Shown piece after piece: positions 29,106-38,961 of a stretch of 51,009 bases of DNA (the stretch's first letter is position 1; each line of letters begins with the position of its first letter). This DNA comes from Dehalococcoidia bacterium (GTDB taxonomy: Bacteria > Chloroflexota > Dehalococcoidia > UBA2979). The stretch spans positions 1 to 51,009 of the forward strand of contig JAKUNM010000004.1 in NCBI GenBank assembly GCA_022451865.1, in the 5' to 3' direction. The position numbers and the translations under genes were made by a program. The notes beneath the pieces are model-generated. The model made no database searches. It was not told the origin of the DNA and was given only the letters and a program-made list of their open reading frames with translations.

Positions 29106-30389
29106 TTAAGTTTGTTTTTCCAAGGTAGTAACACACTCAATATGTTGGGTATGTGGGAACATATCTAAAGGCTGTATATCTATGATTTCAAAACTACCAT
29201 CTACTAATAACCTTAAATCGCGTGCAAGCGTTCCAGGATCGCAGGAAATATAAACTATGCGTTCTATTGGTGAATTGATGAGAGTATTTATTGATTCTTT
29301 ATCCAACCCAGATCTCGGTGGATCTATAATTAGTACGTTAGCTGTTAAGTCCATATTTTGGAATGCACTTTCAACAGTACCTTCAATCCGGGTAATATTT
29401 TCATAATCTTGTAAATTTATTGAAGCATCACCGTCTGCAGCAGATGAAAATTCAATAGTTATTATTTCTTCTACTTCTGGTGCTAATTGTGCTGCGAAGG
29501 TTCCCACTCCTGAATAAGCGTCTATCACTTTATTGGGCTGTACTTCTAGTACTCGTTCAGTTACTAGTCGAACTAGTACTTCAGCCTGTTTTGTATTTAC
29601 TTGAAAAAATGCACCTGCAGAAACTCGATAATCATGTTCACCTATTTGTTCATAATAAGATCTTTGACCGCTGGAAGGGCGATTCGACTTAGTTCGAGGG
29701 CGCCATTTCAGATGTGGTTGGATCAAAAAATCATCTGTATTTTCGGCTACTCGAATAGATATTTGTTGTGTTTGCATAGTACGATCTTGTAGTAAATTCA
29801 ATAAATCATTAGCTCTAGGGGAAGCAATTTTACATTCATTTATACGAAGGAATCGATGTGTGCCGCGCTGCATAAATCCTATTTGGCCATCACGGCGAAC
29901 TGTAAAACGCATATGATTACGATAGTTCCATGAATTTACGGAACCAATCATCATTTTTAACCAATTGTCTATTTCTGTTTTGCTAAAATTTCCTATGTGA
30001 ATTAATTGGTTAGCGACTACATCTGTCTTTAATTGTAATTGATGATCATAATCAATGTGTTGTAGTTGACAGCCACCACACTGACCGAAATATACGCAAG
30101 GGGATTCAACTCTATACGGTGAACTTTTTGTTACTAAAACTGCTGTAGCTTCTATGAAATTTGGTTCGCTATTTGTAATTTCAGCTATTACATGTTCACC
30201 TGGAATCCCATATTCAACAAATGCAATTCTGCCATCATTGTGATGTCCAATAGCCCTACCTCCAGATGCAAAACCGGTTAACTCTAATTCAATTGGTTCC
30301 AGAGGCCTATTATGTATGCGATTATCCCTTCGTTTTTTTTTCTTTGGTATTGGGATAGGAATGGCTGACGTCGGTAATATAGATTTCAT
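29106..30389 (-). CDS. 23S rRNA (uracil-C5)-methyltransferase, RumA/RlmD family (TRAM + 4Fe-4S + SAM MTase)
   Basis: TRAM-like N-domain (LELTGFASGGRAIG), Fe-S Cys motif CVYFGQCGGCQLQH, SAM motif DAYSGVGTF, DPPRSG, and the catalytic Cys in YISCDP. Start is uncertain: the ORF opens at 30425, and ATG 30389 or 30398 are also possible. Confidence 0.85.
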   Translation of the reverse strand: MKSILPTSAIPIPIPKKKKRRDNRIHNRPLEPIELELTGFASGGRAIGHHNDGRIAFVEYGIPGEHVIAEITNSEPNFIEATAVLVTKSSPYRVESPCVYFGQCGGCQLQHIDYDHQLQLKTDVVANQLIHIGNFSKTEIDNWLKMMIGSVNSWNYRNHMRFTVRRDGQIGFMQRGTHRFLRINECKIASPRANDLLNLLQDRTMQTQQISIRVAENTDDFLIQPHLKWRPRTKSNRPSSGQRSYYEQIGEHDYRVSAGAFFQVNTKQAEVLVRLVTERVLEVQPNKVIDAYSGVGTFAAQLAPEVEEIITIEFSSAADGDASINLQDYENITRIEGTVESAFQNMDLTANVLIIDPPRSGLDKESINTLINSPIERIVYISCDPGTLARDLRLLVDGSFEIIDIQPLDMFPHTQHIECVTTLEKQT

Positions 30390-30472
30390 ATAATACATTT
30401 TAAGCCTCAAACAGTCGTATAACAATGTAATAATTACTATATCGTTGTAAATTAAATCTAGGACGGAATGTA

Positions 30473-31621
30473 ATGACTTTGTCTAAATTAAAACCTTTAC
30501 CAGTTTTGTTGAAAGAAATATTGTCGATTCCAACAACTTCGTACAATGAGCATTTAGTGATTGATTACATACGTGAATTTGCAATTGATAGAGGGCTAAA
30601 CTTTAAGTTAGATCAATTTGGGAATGCATATATTTTCTATAATCATGGGGATAGCTCTCGACCATTAGTTTTGCAGGCTCATACAGATCATCCTGCATTT
30701 ATTGTGGAGGAGATTTCTGAGGGAAAATTGGTTCTAAAATTTTTGGGTGGTTTGTCAGCACAATATGGTATAGGTGAAAAGATTAAAATCCACGGTGATG
30801 CTCTACCTCAAAATGGCGTGACTGCGACGGTCGAAACAATACAGAGTCATGAATTACACACTGGTACTTCTAGCCGTAGAATTATTGGTGCGATTGCTAA
30901 AGTCAACTCTGTTAAGAATATTAATATTGGTGACATTGGTGTTTGGGATGTAGAGCATTTTTCGCTTAAAAGAAAAATTGTTCATGCCTTACAATGTGAT
31001 GATTTAGTTGGATGTGCAATTGTTTTATCTACTATTGATCGAATGGTATTTGGTGAACATCAAGGTAATGTAATTGGTTTATTTACTCGAGCTGAAGAAG
31101 TTGGACTTGAAGGTGCAGCAGCTAGTGCTGCAGACGGTTTGTTACCTAAAGATTCACTTGTGATATCTATAGAAACTTCTTCCTCTGAGGGTGGACGTGC
31201 TGAACAAGGTCAGGGTGCTATTATTCGTGTTGGAGACAAACAGCATATTTTTTCTCCTAAAATGTCAATGTGGATGACATCGGTTGCTAATCGATTGAAA
31301 ACCATACACGATAATTTTCTTTATCAGCGAAAACTTATGGACGCAGGAGGGACAGAAGCTACGGCATTTGATCTCTTAGGTTATGAGACAGGGGCAGCTT
31401 GTATTGCCCTTGGTAATTGGCATAATGCAGGTAAAAAAGGGAAAATTGAAGCAGAAACAGTACATATTGATGATGTCCAGAATTTAATTCTTTTATGTGA
31501 AGAACTTGCAAAAAATACATCACATTTTTTGCAAGTTCACGAAGAAATGGTTAGTTTTTGGAAAAAACGTGCTTTAGACGTAACGCCCCGTTTAATCGAT
31601 AGTGCTCAATCAAATACTTGA
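30473..31621 (+). CDS. M42-family (FrvX-like) aminopeptidase/hydrolase
   Basis: 382 aa. LQAHTDHPAFIV (AHxDxxxF), CDDLVGCA, FTRAEEVGLEGA, and GGTEA near the C-terminus, in M42 order. Confidence 0.7.
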   Translation: MTLSKLKPLPVLLKEILSIPTTSYNEHLVIDYIREFAIDRGLNFKLDQFGNAYIFYNHGDSSRPLVLQAHTDHPAFIVEEISEGKLVLKFLGGLSAQYGIGEKIKIHGDALPQNGVTATVETIQSHELHTGTSSRRIIGAIAKVNSVKNINIGDIGVWDVEHFSLKRKIVHALQCDDLVGCAIVLSTIDRMVFGEHQGNVIGLFTRAEEVGLEGAAASAADGLLPKDSLVISIETSSSEGGRAEQGQGAIIRVGDKQHIFSPKMSMWMTSVANRLKTIHDNFLYQRKLMDAGGTEATAFDLLGYETGAACIALGNWHNAGKKGKIEAETVHIDDVQNLILLCEELAKNTSHFLQVHEEMVSFWKKRALDVTPRLIDSAQSNT

Positions 31622-32188
31622 TTCTAGTGTTTTCCAAACATTTTCTTCTGTTTCTTGGTCAACTCTACCTTCTCTAAGTAGCCTTACGACTAAGCGGCTG
31701 TCGTAACCTCTTCGACTTAAGATTTTTTTGAGCAGATCAATGCTCTCTCTTTTTTCTGTTAATATCGCGACCAATAATTCCCATTCTATTGGAGTGCATA
31801 ACACGATAATGTTCTCGCAATGAACGCTAACTAGTGCATCCCATAGTGATGGTATTTGAGTAGGCTTTATGGAGTCATACCTACCATATATTGTGGGATC
31901 ACCATGAATTGTGAAATTATGCCCATTTGAACTTAGCTGTATAGCTGTTGGTGAACTAATATTTTCTTTTATTGACTTTATGAATTGATTTGATGGGTCT
32001 TTTAATAATTTTAAGATGTCTCTTCTTGTTGTAATTTCTGTATTATCTGCGTCGCAGGGAACATCTTGTAATTGAAGTGATATCTTTCCATTTACTGCCC
32101 AAAGTGCATGATCATCAATACGATGTATTTCTTTAATTATCCTTTTAAGTGGGTCAACTCTTGAATTGTCACTTATTTTTTTGTTCAC
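31610..32188 (-). CDS. Hypothetical protein, weakly nucleotidyltransferase-fold-like
   Basis: 192 aa ORF with coding-like composition. WAVNGKISLQLQ...CDADNTEI could be a degenerate G[SK]-x(n)-DxD minimal nucleotidyltransferase motif. No confident family. Its 3' end overlaps the convergent M42 gene by 12 nt. Confidence 0.45.
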   Translation of the reverse strand: MNKKISDNSRVDPLKRIIKEIHRIDDHALWAVNGKISLQLQDVPCDADNTEITTRRDILKLLKDPSNQFIKSIKENISSPTAIQLSSNGHNFTIHGDPTIYGRYDSIKPTQIPSLWDALVSVHCENIIVLCTPIEWELLVAILTEKRESIDLLKKILSRRGYDSRLVVRLLREGRVDQETEENVWKTLESSI

Positions 32189-32311
32189 ACTTTTCTCCTA
32201 CGTTATTGTAGTTGTATTGGATAGAATGGTCTGATACTACAAGATATTATTTTTGATTTGTAATATAAAATTTCTTTGGTTAGTGTGTTTATGTGTTGAA
32301 AGGTTAATCAT

Positions 32312-32989
32312 ATGCCTAAACAGGTGACAAATGTTGCTGCAGACGATGCATTGACTACTATATATCGCTTATCAAATGACGAAGGTGAAGAAGTTATTGC
32401 AGCACGTGTTGCTGAACGTTTAGATATTCGTCCAGCATCTGTTGCTGGTATGCTTTCAAGATTGAGTAGAGATCGTTTAGTTGATATTGATACCAAGAAA
32501 AGGATCACCCTCACGAATAAAGGATTTGATCGTGCAAGATTAGTTGTACGTCGACATCGATTAGCTGAATGTATGCTTGTTGACGTAATGGGTTTAGATT
32601 GGGTTGATGCATATCAAGAAGCTCACCTTATGGAGCATGCAATTTCTGATGTCACGGAGCCGTTGATTGTTAAGTTGTTGGGTGATCCAGTCATTTCACC
32701 TTTTGGATACCCTATTCCTGGTTCTTCATCTAACGACGAACTATCTATGTTAAGGTTAAGTGATTTAGATGAAGGTCAACAAGGTAAGATTGATCGTGTT
32801 TTTGAAGAAGATGAGGAATTACTTCGTTTTTATGATGAAGTAAATCTTAAGCCTAGTTCGATCGTGAATATCGTTAGTGTAGCACGCGTACGTGGGGAAG
32901 TAGATTCAGTTACAATCACTGTAAGCGGACATACCGAACCTGTGCTTTTAGGTCCAAAGCGTGCATCAAATATTTGGATGGTGGAATAA
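32312..32989 (+). CDS. DtxR/MntR-family metal-dependent transcriptional regulator with a C-terminal FeoA/SH3-like domain
   Basis: 225 aa. wHTH (RVAERLDIRPASVAGMLSRL), the dimerisation/metal helix VVRRHRLAECML and HLMEHAIS, and a C-terminal GKIDRV...VNLKPSS segment. Confidence 0.85.
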   Translation: MPKQVTNVAADDALTTIYRLSNDEGEEVIAARVAERLDIRPASVAGMLSRLSRDRLVDIDTKKRITLTNKGFDRARLVVRRHRLAECMLVDVMGLDWVDAYQEAHLMEHAISDVTEPLIVKLLGDPVISPFGYPIPGSSSNDELSMLRLSDLDEGQQGKIDRVFEEDEELLRFYDEVNLKPSSIVNIVSVARVRGEVDSVTITVSGHTEPVLLGPKRASNIWMVE

Positions 32990-33001
32990 ATTTAACTTTT
33001 G

Positions 33002-36000
33002 TTAGCTGCAACCAGTAGTTGTTCCACACGCCATACATTTAAGACAAGTCCCATTTCGAACCATCATAAGCTGTCCACATTCAGGGCAAGGGTCACCTTC
33101 AAATCCGCTCTGTCTAGCTTGTTCTACTAGTACTAGATCTTCAGATTTTGTGGTGTGCGGACTTAATTCAATGACTGATGAAGCAGTAATTCCAGAAGGT
33201 AATTGTTGCGTCAATTTATCTGTGCTAACTACTTTTTCTCTTGCTATATCAATCGAATCGGCAAGTTCAACTTTAGATCCTATATCTATTGGCATATCAT
33301 CATCAGCACTAGGATCGGTAGTTAATTCAACAGGTCCTAAATGTGCTAGTTCATCTCTGTCAAGATATGTCACAGCTAGTTCTCTGAAAATATAATCTAT
33401 AATTGAACTCGAAAATTGAATTCTATCGTGACCTGTCACCATGCCGTTGGGTTCAAATTTGGTAAAGACAAAAGTATCTACAAATTTTTCTAATGGGACT
33501 CCGTATTGTAGACCCATTGAGACGGCAATAGCGAAACAATTCATAAGACTTCTAAAAGCTGCTCCATCCTTTGCTGTATCAATAAAAAGTTCACCTACAC
33601 GAGGTTTCTCACCTGGTTCTTTTTCGAACTCTCCAGTGTGAATATAGATTGTGTGGCCACCAACTTTTGCTTTTTGTGCGTAGCCCGATCGTCTTGCAGG
33701 GAGCGATTCTCTTTGTCCACGACCAATTGCGTGGAGCATTTTTTCAGCTGCTATCACTGCTGGGTGTTGTTCGGAATCTAATAATTCTTCATTATCTTCA
33801 TAATCATCGAAAATTGCTGCAGCTAATGGTTGGGAAAGTTTTGACCCATCACGATAAAGTGCAAGTGCTTTAATCATCGATTGTGAAGCTTCCATATAAA
33901 CTTCTTTTACATCTTTAATAGTTGATTCAGCAGGCATATTGATAGTTTTGCTGATTGCTCCAGCGATAAACGGTTGCGCTGCTGACATAATACGAACATG
34001 TGCAAGTGGTTCTATATAACGTTTTCCATATTTTCCACATTTGTTGGCACAGTCGAAGACTGAGTAGTCTGATTCTTTAAGATGTGGGGCTCCTTCTACC
34101 GTCATACGACCAAGAATATGGTCGTTTGCTTGTTCTATTTGATCTGATGTAAAACCAAGATTCTGTAACAAATTAAATGATGGATTATTAAGATCTTCAT
34201 CATTTATCTGTAACGTTTCTTTACAAAAATCATCTCCTAATTGGTATCTATTGAATACAAAACTAATGTGAAAGGCGGTACTTAGTGCTTGGTCTAGACT
34301 ATCTAATAAAGGCTGAGTAAATCCATGTTCTGCCAAGGAGGTTCGATTGATAAGAGGAGCTCCTTCAAGTCTTTGAGTACCCACAGCATATTTGATGATT
34401 TCATCAATGTTATTTCGACTGTATCCCAAGCGTTTAAGGGCAGTTGGAACTGATTCGTTAATAATACGAAAGTAACCTCCTCCTGCTAGTTTTTTAAATT
34501 TGACTAACGCGAAATCAGGCTCTACACCTGTTGTATCACAGTCCATTAATAAGCCTATAGTACCTGTAGGTGCTATTAGCGTTGTTTGCGCATTTCGGTA
34601 GCCATGTTTTTCACCTAGTTCTAGTGCACGATCCCAAGATTGACATGCAACAGCATATAATTCTTTTGGAGTAGACACAGATTCAATGCCTTTAGGATAA
34701 ACAGTTAATCCTTCGTAATCAGAATGTACTGAGTTATATGCTGCACGTCTGTGATTACGTATGACTCGTAACATTTCATTGCTATTATCGCTATATCTGG
34801 GGAAAGCTCCAAGTTCACTAGCCATTTCGGCGGAAGTAGCGTATGAGTCACCTGTCATGATTGCAGTTAGTGCTCCAGTCCATCCTAAAGCTTCGTTGGA
34901 ATCGTAGGGAATACCTTGAAGCATTAGCAATGCACCTAAATTTGCATACCCCAGTCCTAGTGTTCTGTATTCATATGAAAGTAGAGCAATTTGATCACTT
35001 GGATATTGTGCCATGAGTACCGAAATCTCAAGAACAATTGTCCACAGTCGTATTGCATGACGATATCCTTCAATATCGAAATCACCAGTTTCGAGATCGG
35101 TAAACGCAAGCAGGTTTATTGATGCAAGATTGCAAGCAGTGTCATCTAAGAACATGTATTCACTACAAGGGTTTGAGCCATTAATTCTCCCACCGGAGGG
35201 AGAGGTATGCCATTCATTGATTGTTGTATCAAATTGAAGACCAGGATCGGCAGAATTCCAGGCTGCTTGCCCTATTTTATCCCAGAGTTCTTGTGCTTTG
35301 ACTGTCTTATAGGTTGATCCGTCAGTGCGATTAGTAAGGTTCCATGATTCATTTTCCTCCACAGCTTTCAGGAAATCTGAATTAACTCTTACGGAGTTAT
35401 TTGAATTTTGCCCTGAGACAGACATGTACGCTTCACCTTGCCAGTCACTGTCAAATTCATCAAATTCAAATGAATGTTCACCTTGTTCAATTAACTGCAA
35501 GACGCGCTGAATATACCCTTCAGGAACTGCATCTTGACGGGCTAGGCGTATAGCCTTGCGTAAACTTTTATTTTCTTCCAAGACATCATTTTCTTTAGCG
35601 TAACTGAAAATTTCATTTAAATGACGTTTCACTACACGTGATCCAGTGATTAATGAGGCTACTTTTTGCTCTTCTTTTACTTTCCAATCTACGAATTCTT
35701 CAATGTCAGGATGATCTGCATCTACAATAACCATTTTTGCAGCTCGTCGTGTAGTTCCTCCAGATTTAATTGCACCTGCGGCTCGATCTCCAATTTTAAG
35801 AAAAGACATTAAACCTGAAGATTTGCCCCCTCCGGAAAGGCTTTCATTTGCTCCTCTAATATTAGAGAAATTCGAACCCGTGCCTGATCCGTACTTAAAG
35901 ATACGGGCTTCACGAGTCCATAGATCCATAATTCCACCTTCATTAACAAGATCATCTGCAACGGACTGAATAAAACAAGCATGTGGTTGTGGACGTTCAT

Positions 36001-36547
36001 ATGCACTTGTTGATTGAGTCATTTCGCCATTATCTGGATTGACATATGAATGTCCCTGTGCTGGTCCTTCAATGCCGTACGACCAGTTAAGGCCAGTGTT
36101 AAACCACTGAGGTGAATTAGGTGCTGATCGTTGACTCGCCATCATATGTACGAGTTCATCGTAGAATGTACGTGCATCTTCTTTTGTATCAAAATAATTG
36201 TATTTTGTACCCCAATAAGCCCACGTGCCAGCTAGTCGGTGGAAGGTTTGCCTAGCATCTGTTTCACATGTAAATTCAGTTTTAGCAGTTGGTTTGCGAC
36301 GTCGCATCCAATTTGGGATTCCTTTTTCACTTATTGCTGTCGTTTCAACTGGGACTCCAGCTTTGCGGAAGTATTTTTGCGCCATTATATCAACAGCAAC
36401 CTGTGAAAATTGCTCAGGCATTTGAATATCTAGTGCTTCAAAAACAACAGATCCATCAGGGTTCACAATTTTGGATGATCTGTTTGTAAAGTTAATTCCT
36501 TCATATGGGTCATGACCAGCTTGGGTAAAAAAGCGCTGTATACGCAT
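33002..36547 (-). CDS. nrdJ: Class II (adenosylcobalamin-dependent) ribonucleotide reductase
   Basis: 1181 aa. RNR barrel motifs (SNPCSEY with the thiyl Cys, ACNLASINL, TLIAPTGTIG) and the C-terminal Cys-rich tail CPECG...CLKCMACG typical of long NrdJ proteins. SD AGGAAGGA lies upstream of the ATG. Confidence 0.9.
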   Translation of the reverse strand: MRIQRFFTQAGHDPYEGINFTNRSSKIVNPDGSVVFEALDIQMPEQFSQVAVDIMAQKYFRKAGVPVETTAISEKGIPNWMRRRKPTAKTEFTCETDARQTFHRLAGTWAYWGTKYNYFDTKEDARTFYDELVHMMASQRSAPNSPQWFNTGLNWSYGIEGPAQGHSYVNPDNGEMTQSTSAYERPQPHACFIQSVADDLVNEGGIMDLWTREARIFKYGSGTGSNFSNIRGANESLSGGGKSSGLMSFLKIGDRAAGAIKSGGTTRRAAKMVIVDADHPDIEEFVDWKVKEEQKVASLITGSRVVKRHLNEIFSYAKENDVLEENKSLRKAIRLARQDAVPEGYIQRVLQLIEQGEHSFEFDEFDSDWQGEAYMSVSGQNSNNSVRVNSDFLKAVEENESWNLTNRTDGSTYKTVKAQELWDKIGQAAWNSADPGLQFDTTINEWHTSPSGGRINGSNPCSEYMFLDDTACNLASINLLAFTDLETGDFDIEGYRHAIRLWTIVLEISVLMAQYPSDQIALLSYEYRTLGLGYANLGALLMLQGIPYDSNEALGWTGALTAIMTGDSYATSAEMASELGAFPRYSDNSNEMLRVIRNHRRAAYNSVHSDYEGLTVYPKGIESVSTPKELYAVACQSWDRALELGEKHGYRNAQTTLIAPTGTIGLLMDCDTTGVEPDFALVKFKKLAGGGYFRIINESVPTALKRLGYSRNNIDEIIKYAVGTQRLEGAPLINRTSLAEHGFTQPLLDSLDQALSTAFHISFVFNRYQLGDDFCKETLQINDEDLNNPSFNLLQNLGFTSDQIEQANDHILGRMTVEGAPHLKESDYSVFDCANKCGKYGKRYIEPLAHVRIMSAAQPFIAGAISKTINMPAESTIKDVKEVYMEASQSMIKALALYRDGSKLSQPLAAAIFDDYEDNEELLDSEQHPAVIAAEKMLHAIGRGQRESLPARRSGYAQKAKVGGHTIYIHTGEFEKEPGEKPRVGELFIDTAKDGAAFRSLMNCFAIAVSMGLQYGVPLEKFVDTFVFTKFEPNGMVTGHDRIQFSSSIIDYIFRELAVTYLDRDELAHLGPVELTTDPSADDDMPIDIGSKVELADSIDIAREKVVSTDKLTQQLPSGITASSVIELSPHTTKSEDLVLVEQARQSGFEGDPCPECGQLMMVRNGTCLKCMACGTTTGCS

Positions 36548-36860
36548 TGTTCAGGTCCTTCCTCTTAGCAAAATAATATTATATCGATAAAATTAAACGT
36601 ATAATTTTGTAACTAATAAACTGTATACCCGCATAAGCACTTTGCTACATGTGGGATCGAAATAATGGCGAAAAGTTACAAAAATGTCAAGACATTCGTT
36701 TATTTATATAAGCACGTTAACATTTCTGAACTATTTTTACGAGTATTAATTAGCATTTTGTTATAGTTATTTTTGTTCTTAGCAAATATCACGATGTCTG
36801 TATGGTTTTTTTTCTGTATTAATCAGTCAACAAAGCCTAATAACGTTCAGATTTTTTAGA

Positions 36861-38129
36861 TCACGAGGGTATGTTCTTGCTTAAGTTGACATAACTATGT
36901 TCTGTTATAAGAATATTGTCTTCGATGCGAATACCGATCCCTTGAAATTCTTTAGGAATTTTATGGTTTTTAGCAGATAAATAAAGTCCAGGCTCTACTG
37001 TAAAGCACATTCCAGGTTCCAAGGCGATTGGCTCTTTTTTGTTACGATAATTCCCGACATCGTGAACGTCCATTCCCAGCCAATGTGAAGTAGAGTGCAT
37101 GTAAAAATTTTGATATTTTCGGTCTTCAATTAATTTATCGATGGCCCCAGAAAGTATCTTACTTTCCATTAATCCTCTGACTAAAACTTCTAGAGTTGCA
37201 TGATGGATTTCATCTAATGTTGCGCCAGGTTTTGCACGTTGGATCCCTGCCTGTTGTGCCTCTAAGACAACATCATAGATATAACGTTGTGATGTCGAAA
37301 AATGTCCATTGATAGGCCATGTTCTTGTTATATCAGCTGTGTAGTAGTCATATTCTGCACCTGCGTCAATTAGAAGTAAATCGCCATCCTTAAGTTGTTC
37401 TCGATTGGTTGTGTAATGGAGGATACAAGCGTTATCTCCTGATGCGACTATAGAAGGGTAACCATTTCTTGATGAACCAAGTCGACGAAATTCATTTTCT
37501 AAAGCAGCCTGAATTTCGAATTCATGCAATCCAGGCTCTGTCAGGCTTTGTGCTGTCTGAAATCCTTGTTCTGTAATACGTATTGCTTCTTTAAGAGATT
37601 TAATTTCATCATCTGATTTGAACATTCGTAAATTTTCAACTAAAGGTCTGGGATCTCTGAGTGAAGAGAATCCTTTTTGTCCACGGTGACTATTTTTCTG
37701 TCGTAAAGTTAAATAATTTGAAATGATTCCATCAATTTCTTGATCTGAACCTATTCCATAGAAAATATCATCTACTTCACTAAGTAATTCATTAATTTTT
37801 TCTGCAAAAGTATCAATAGGGAAAGCAGCATCGGCGCCATAAAATTCTTGCACGCCATCAATACCTGCCCTAGCTCCAACCCAAATTGCCATTTCTGGGT
37901 CATGTGGTCGAACGAACATGACGTATTCTTCAGGGTGATTGGGGCGAATAAGTAAAATTGAATCAGGTTCATCAAAGCCACTAAGGTAATAAAAATTGGA
38001 TTCCTGTCGAAATTCATGTAATACATCAGAATTTCTTGTCATTTCTCTGTTGCTAACAAATATTGCCGCACATGAATTTGATTCGGTATTAAGTGACTTA
38101 ATTAATTTTTTACGACGATTTTCAAACAT
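36861..38129 (-). CDS. pepP: Xaa-Pro aminopeptidase (M24B)
   Basis: 422 aa. Creatinase-like N-domain with FYYLSGF, metal ligands in DGDLLLIDAGAEY..YTADITRT, HSTSHWLGMDVHD, and EPGLY...IRIED. Confidence 0.9.
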   Translation of the reverse strand: MFENRRKKLIKSLNTESNSCAAIFVSNREMTRNSDVLHEFRQESNFYYLSGFDEPDSILLIRPNHPEEYVMFVRPHDPEMAIWVGARAGIDGVQEFYGADAAFPIDTFAEKINELLSEVDDIFYGIGSDQEIDGIISNYLTLRQKNSHRGQKGFSSLRDPRPLVENLRMFKSDDEIKSLKEAIRITEQGFQTAQSLTEPGLHEFEIQAALENEFRRLGSSRNGYPSIVASGDNACILHYTTNREQLKDGDLLLIDAGAEYDYYTADITRTWPINGHFSTSQRYIYDVVLEAQQAGIQRAKPGATLDEIHHATLEVLVRGLMESKILSGAIDKLIEDRKYQNFYMHSTSHWLGMDVHDVGNYRNKKEPIALEPGMCFTVEPGLYLSAKNHKIPKEFQGIGIRIEDNILITEHSYVNLSKNIPS

Positions 38130-38233
38130 AATTTCTTCTTTCTAGATTTAAAGAATGTTACCAAGAAAAGAAGAATTGCAGAAATAGTCAGGGTTGAATG
38201 GGGAATATAGTATTCTTTATTAAAAAATAGGAA

Positions 38234-38308
38234 TGGTGCCCCCGCCAGGATTCGAACCTGGGCACATGGCTTAGGAGGCCAATGCTCTGTCCACTGAGCT
38301 ACGAGGGC
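38234..38308 (-). tRNA. tRNA-Arg (anticodon CCU)
   Basis: Hand-folded cloverleaf on the minus strand: GCCCTCG TA GCTC AGTGGACA GAGC A TTGGC CT-CCT-AA GCCAT GTGC CCAGG TTCGAAT CCTGG CGGGGGC A CCA. CCA is encoded. 75 nt. Confidence 0.9.
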
Positions 38309-38409
38309 AATTTGAATTGCATATCGGTTATTATAAGGTGCGGTAAACTTCTCTGAAAGTTGAAATACGACATTGAATTAAAAATAATCGATCATTTAGT
38401 AATCTGGAT

Positions 38410-38961
38410 TTATATTTCAAGATCGGGCAATAAGCCGGGTAACACTTTAATGGTCATTATTCTATCGTCGATATTAATATTATCGATAACTTCAGCAGTT
38501 GCAGGAATAAGAACATCTTTTTGGCCGTGGTTGCGTATAACGTAAACATCATTAGCGCCAGTGGTAAGGACATCTACTAATTTGCCAAGTATTATTCCTT
38601 CATTGGTGGTAATACTTAGTCCGATTAAATCATGTACATAATATGTATCTATTTCTAATTTAGGTAGGGAATCCTTTTCGATTGAAATTAATTTTCCTAG
38701 TAAAACTTCAGCGGATTGTCGATCTTCATATCCTGCAAATTGAATAATTGGATATCCTTGCGGGCTTTGTACATCCAAAATTTTGGTTAACTTAGAATCA
38801 ATATAAACGCTCGCATTTGTAACTAGACGTTCTGGATTATCCGTGAGTGGTGTTACTTTTACGTGGCCATGTATTCCCCACGGTTGATTGATTTTTCCAA
38901 CAGCGACAAAATCTGTTGGGAATTCTTGGTTTTTCCCCATTGTCTTGACGATTGGACTCAA
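38410..38961 (-). CDS. rimM: 16S rRNA processing protein RimM
   Basis: 183 aa. VAVGKINQPWGIHGHVKV RimM N-domain and a PRC-barrel C-domain. Overlaps the upstream KH gene by 4 nt. Canonical position after rpsP and the KH protein. Confidence 0.85.
   Translation of the reverse strand: MSPIVKTMGKNQEFPTDFVAVGKINQPWGIHGHVKVTPLTDNPERLVTNASVYIDSKLTKILDVQSPQGYPIIQFAGYEDRQSAEVLLGKLISIEKDSLPKLEIDTYYVHDLIGLSITTNEGIILGKLVDVLTTGANDVYVIRNHGQKDVLIPATAEVIDNINIDDRIMTIKVLPGLLPDLEI

Noticed and set aside
36548-36860. Cobalamin riboswitch or NrdR box upstream of nrdJ
   Set aside because: No B12-box-like GC-rich core is visible on either strand, and no 16-bp ACAC...GTGT palindrome. The region is almost pure A/T. 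It is kept only as an unexplained long spacer.
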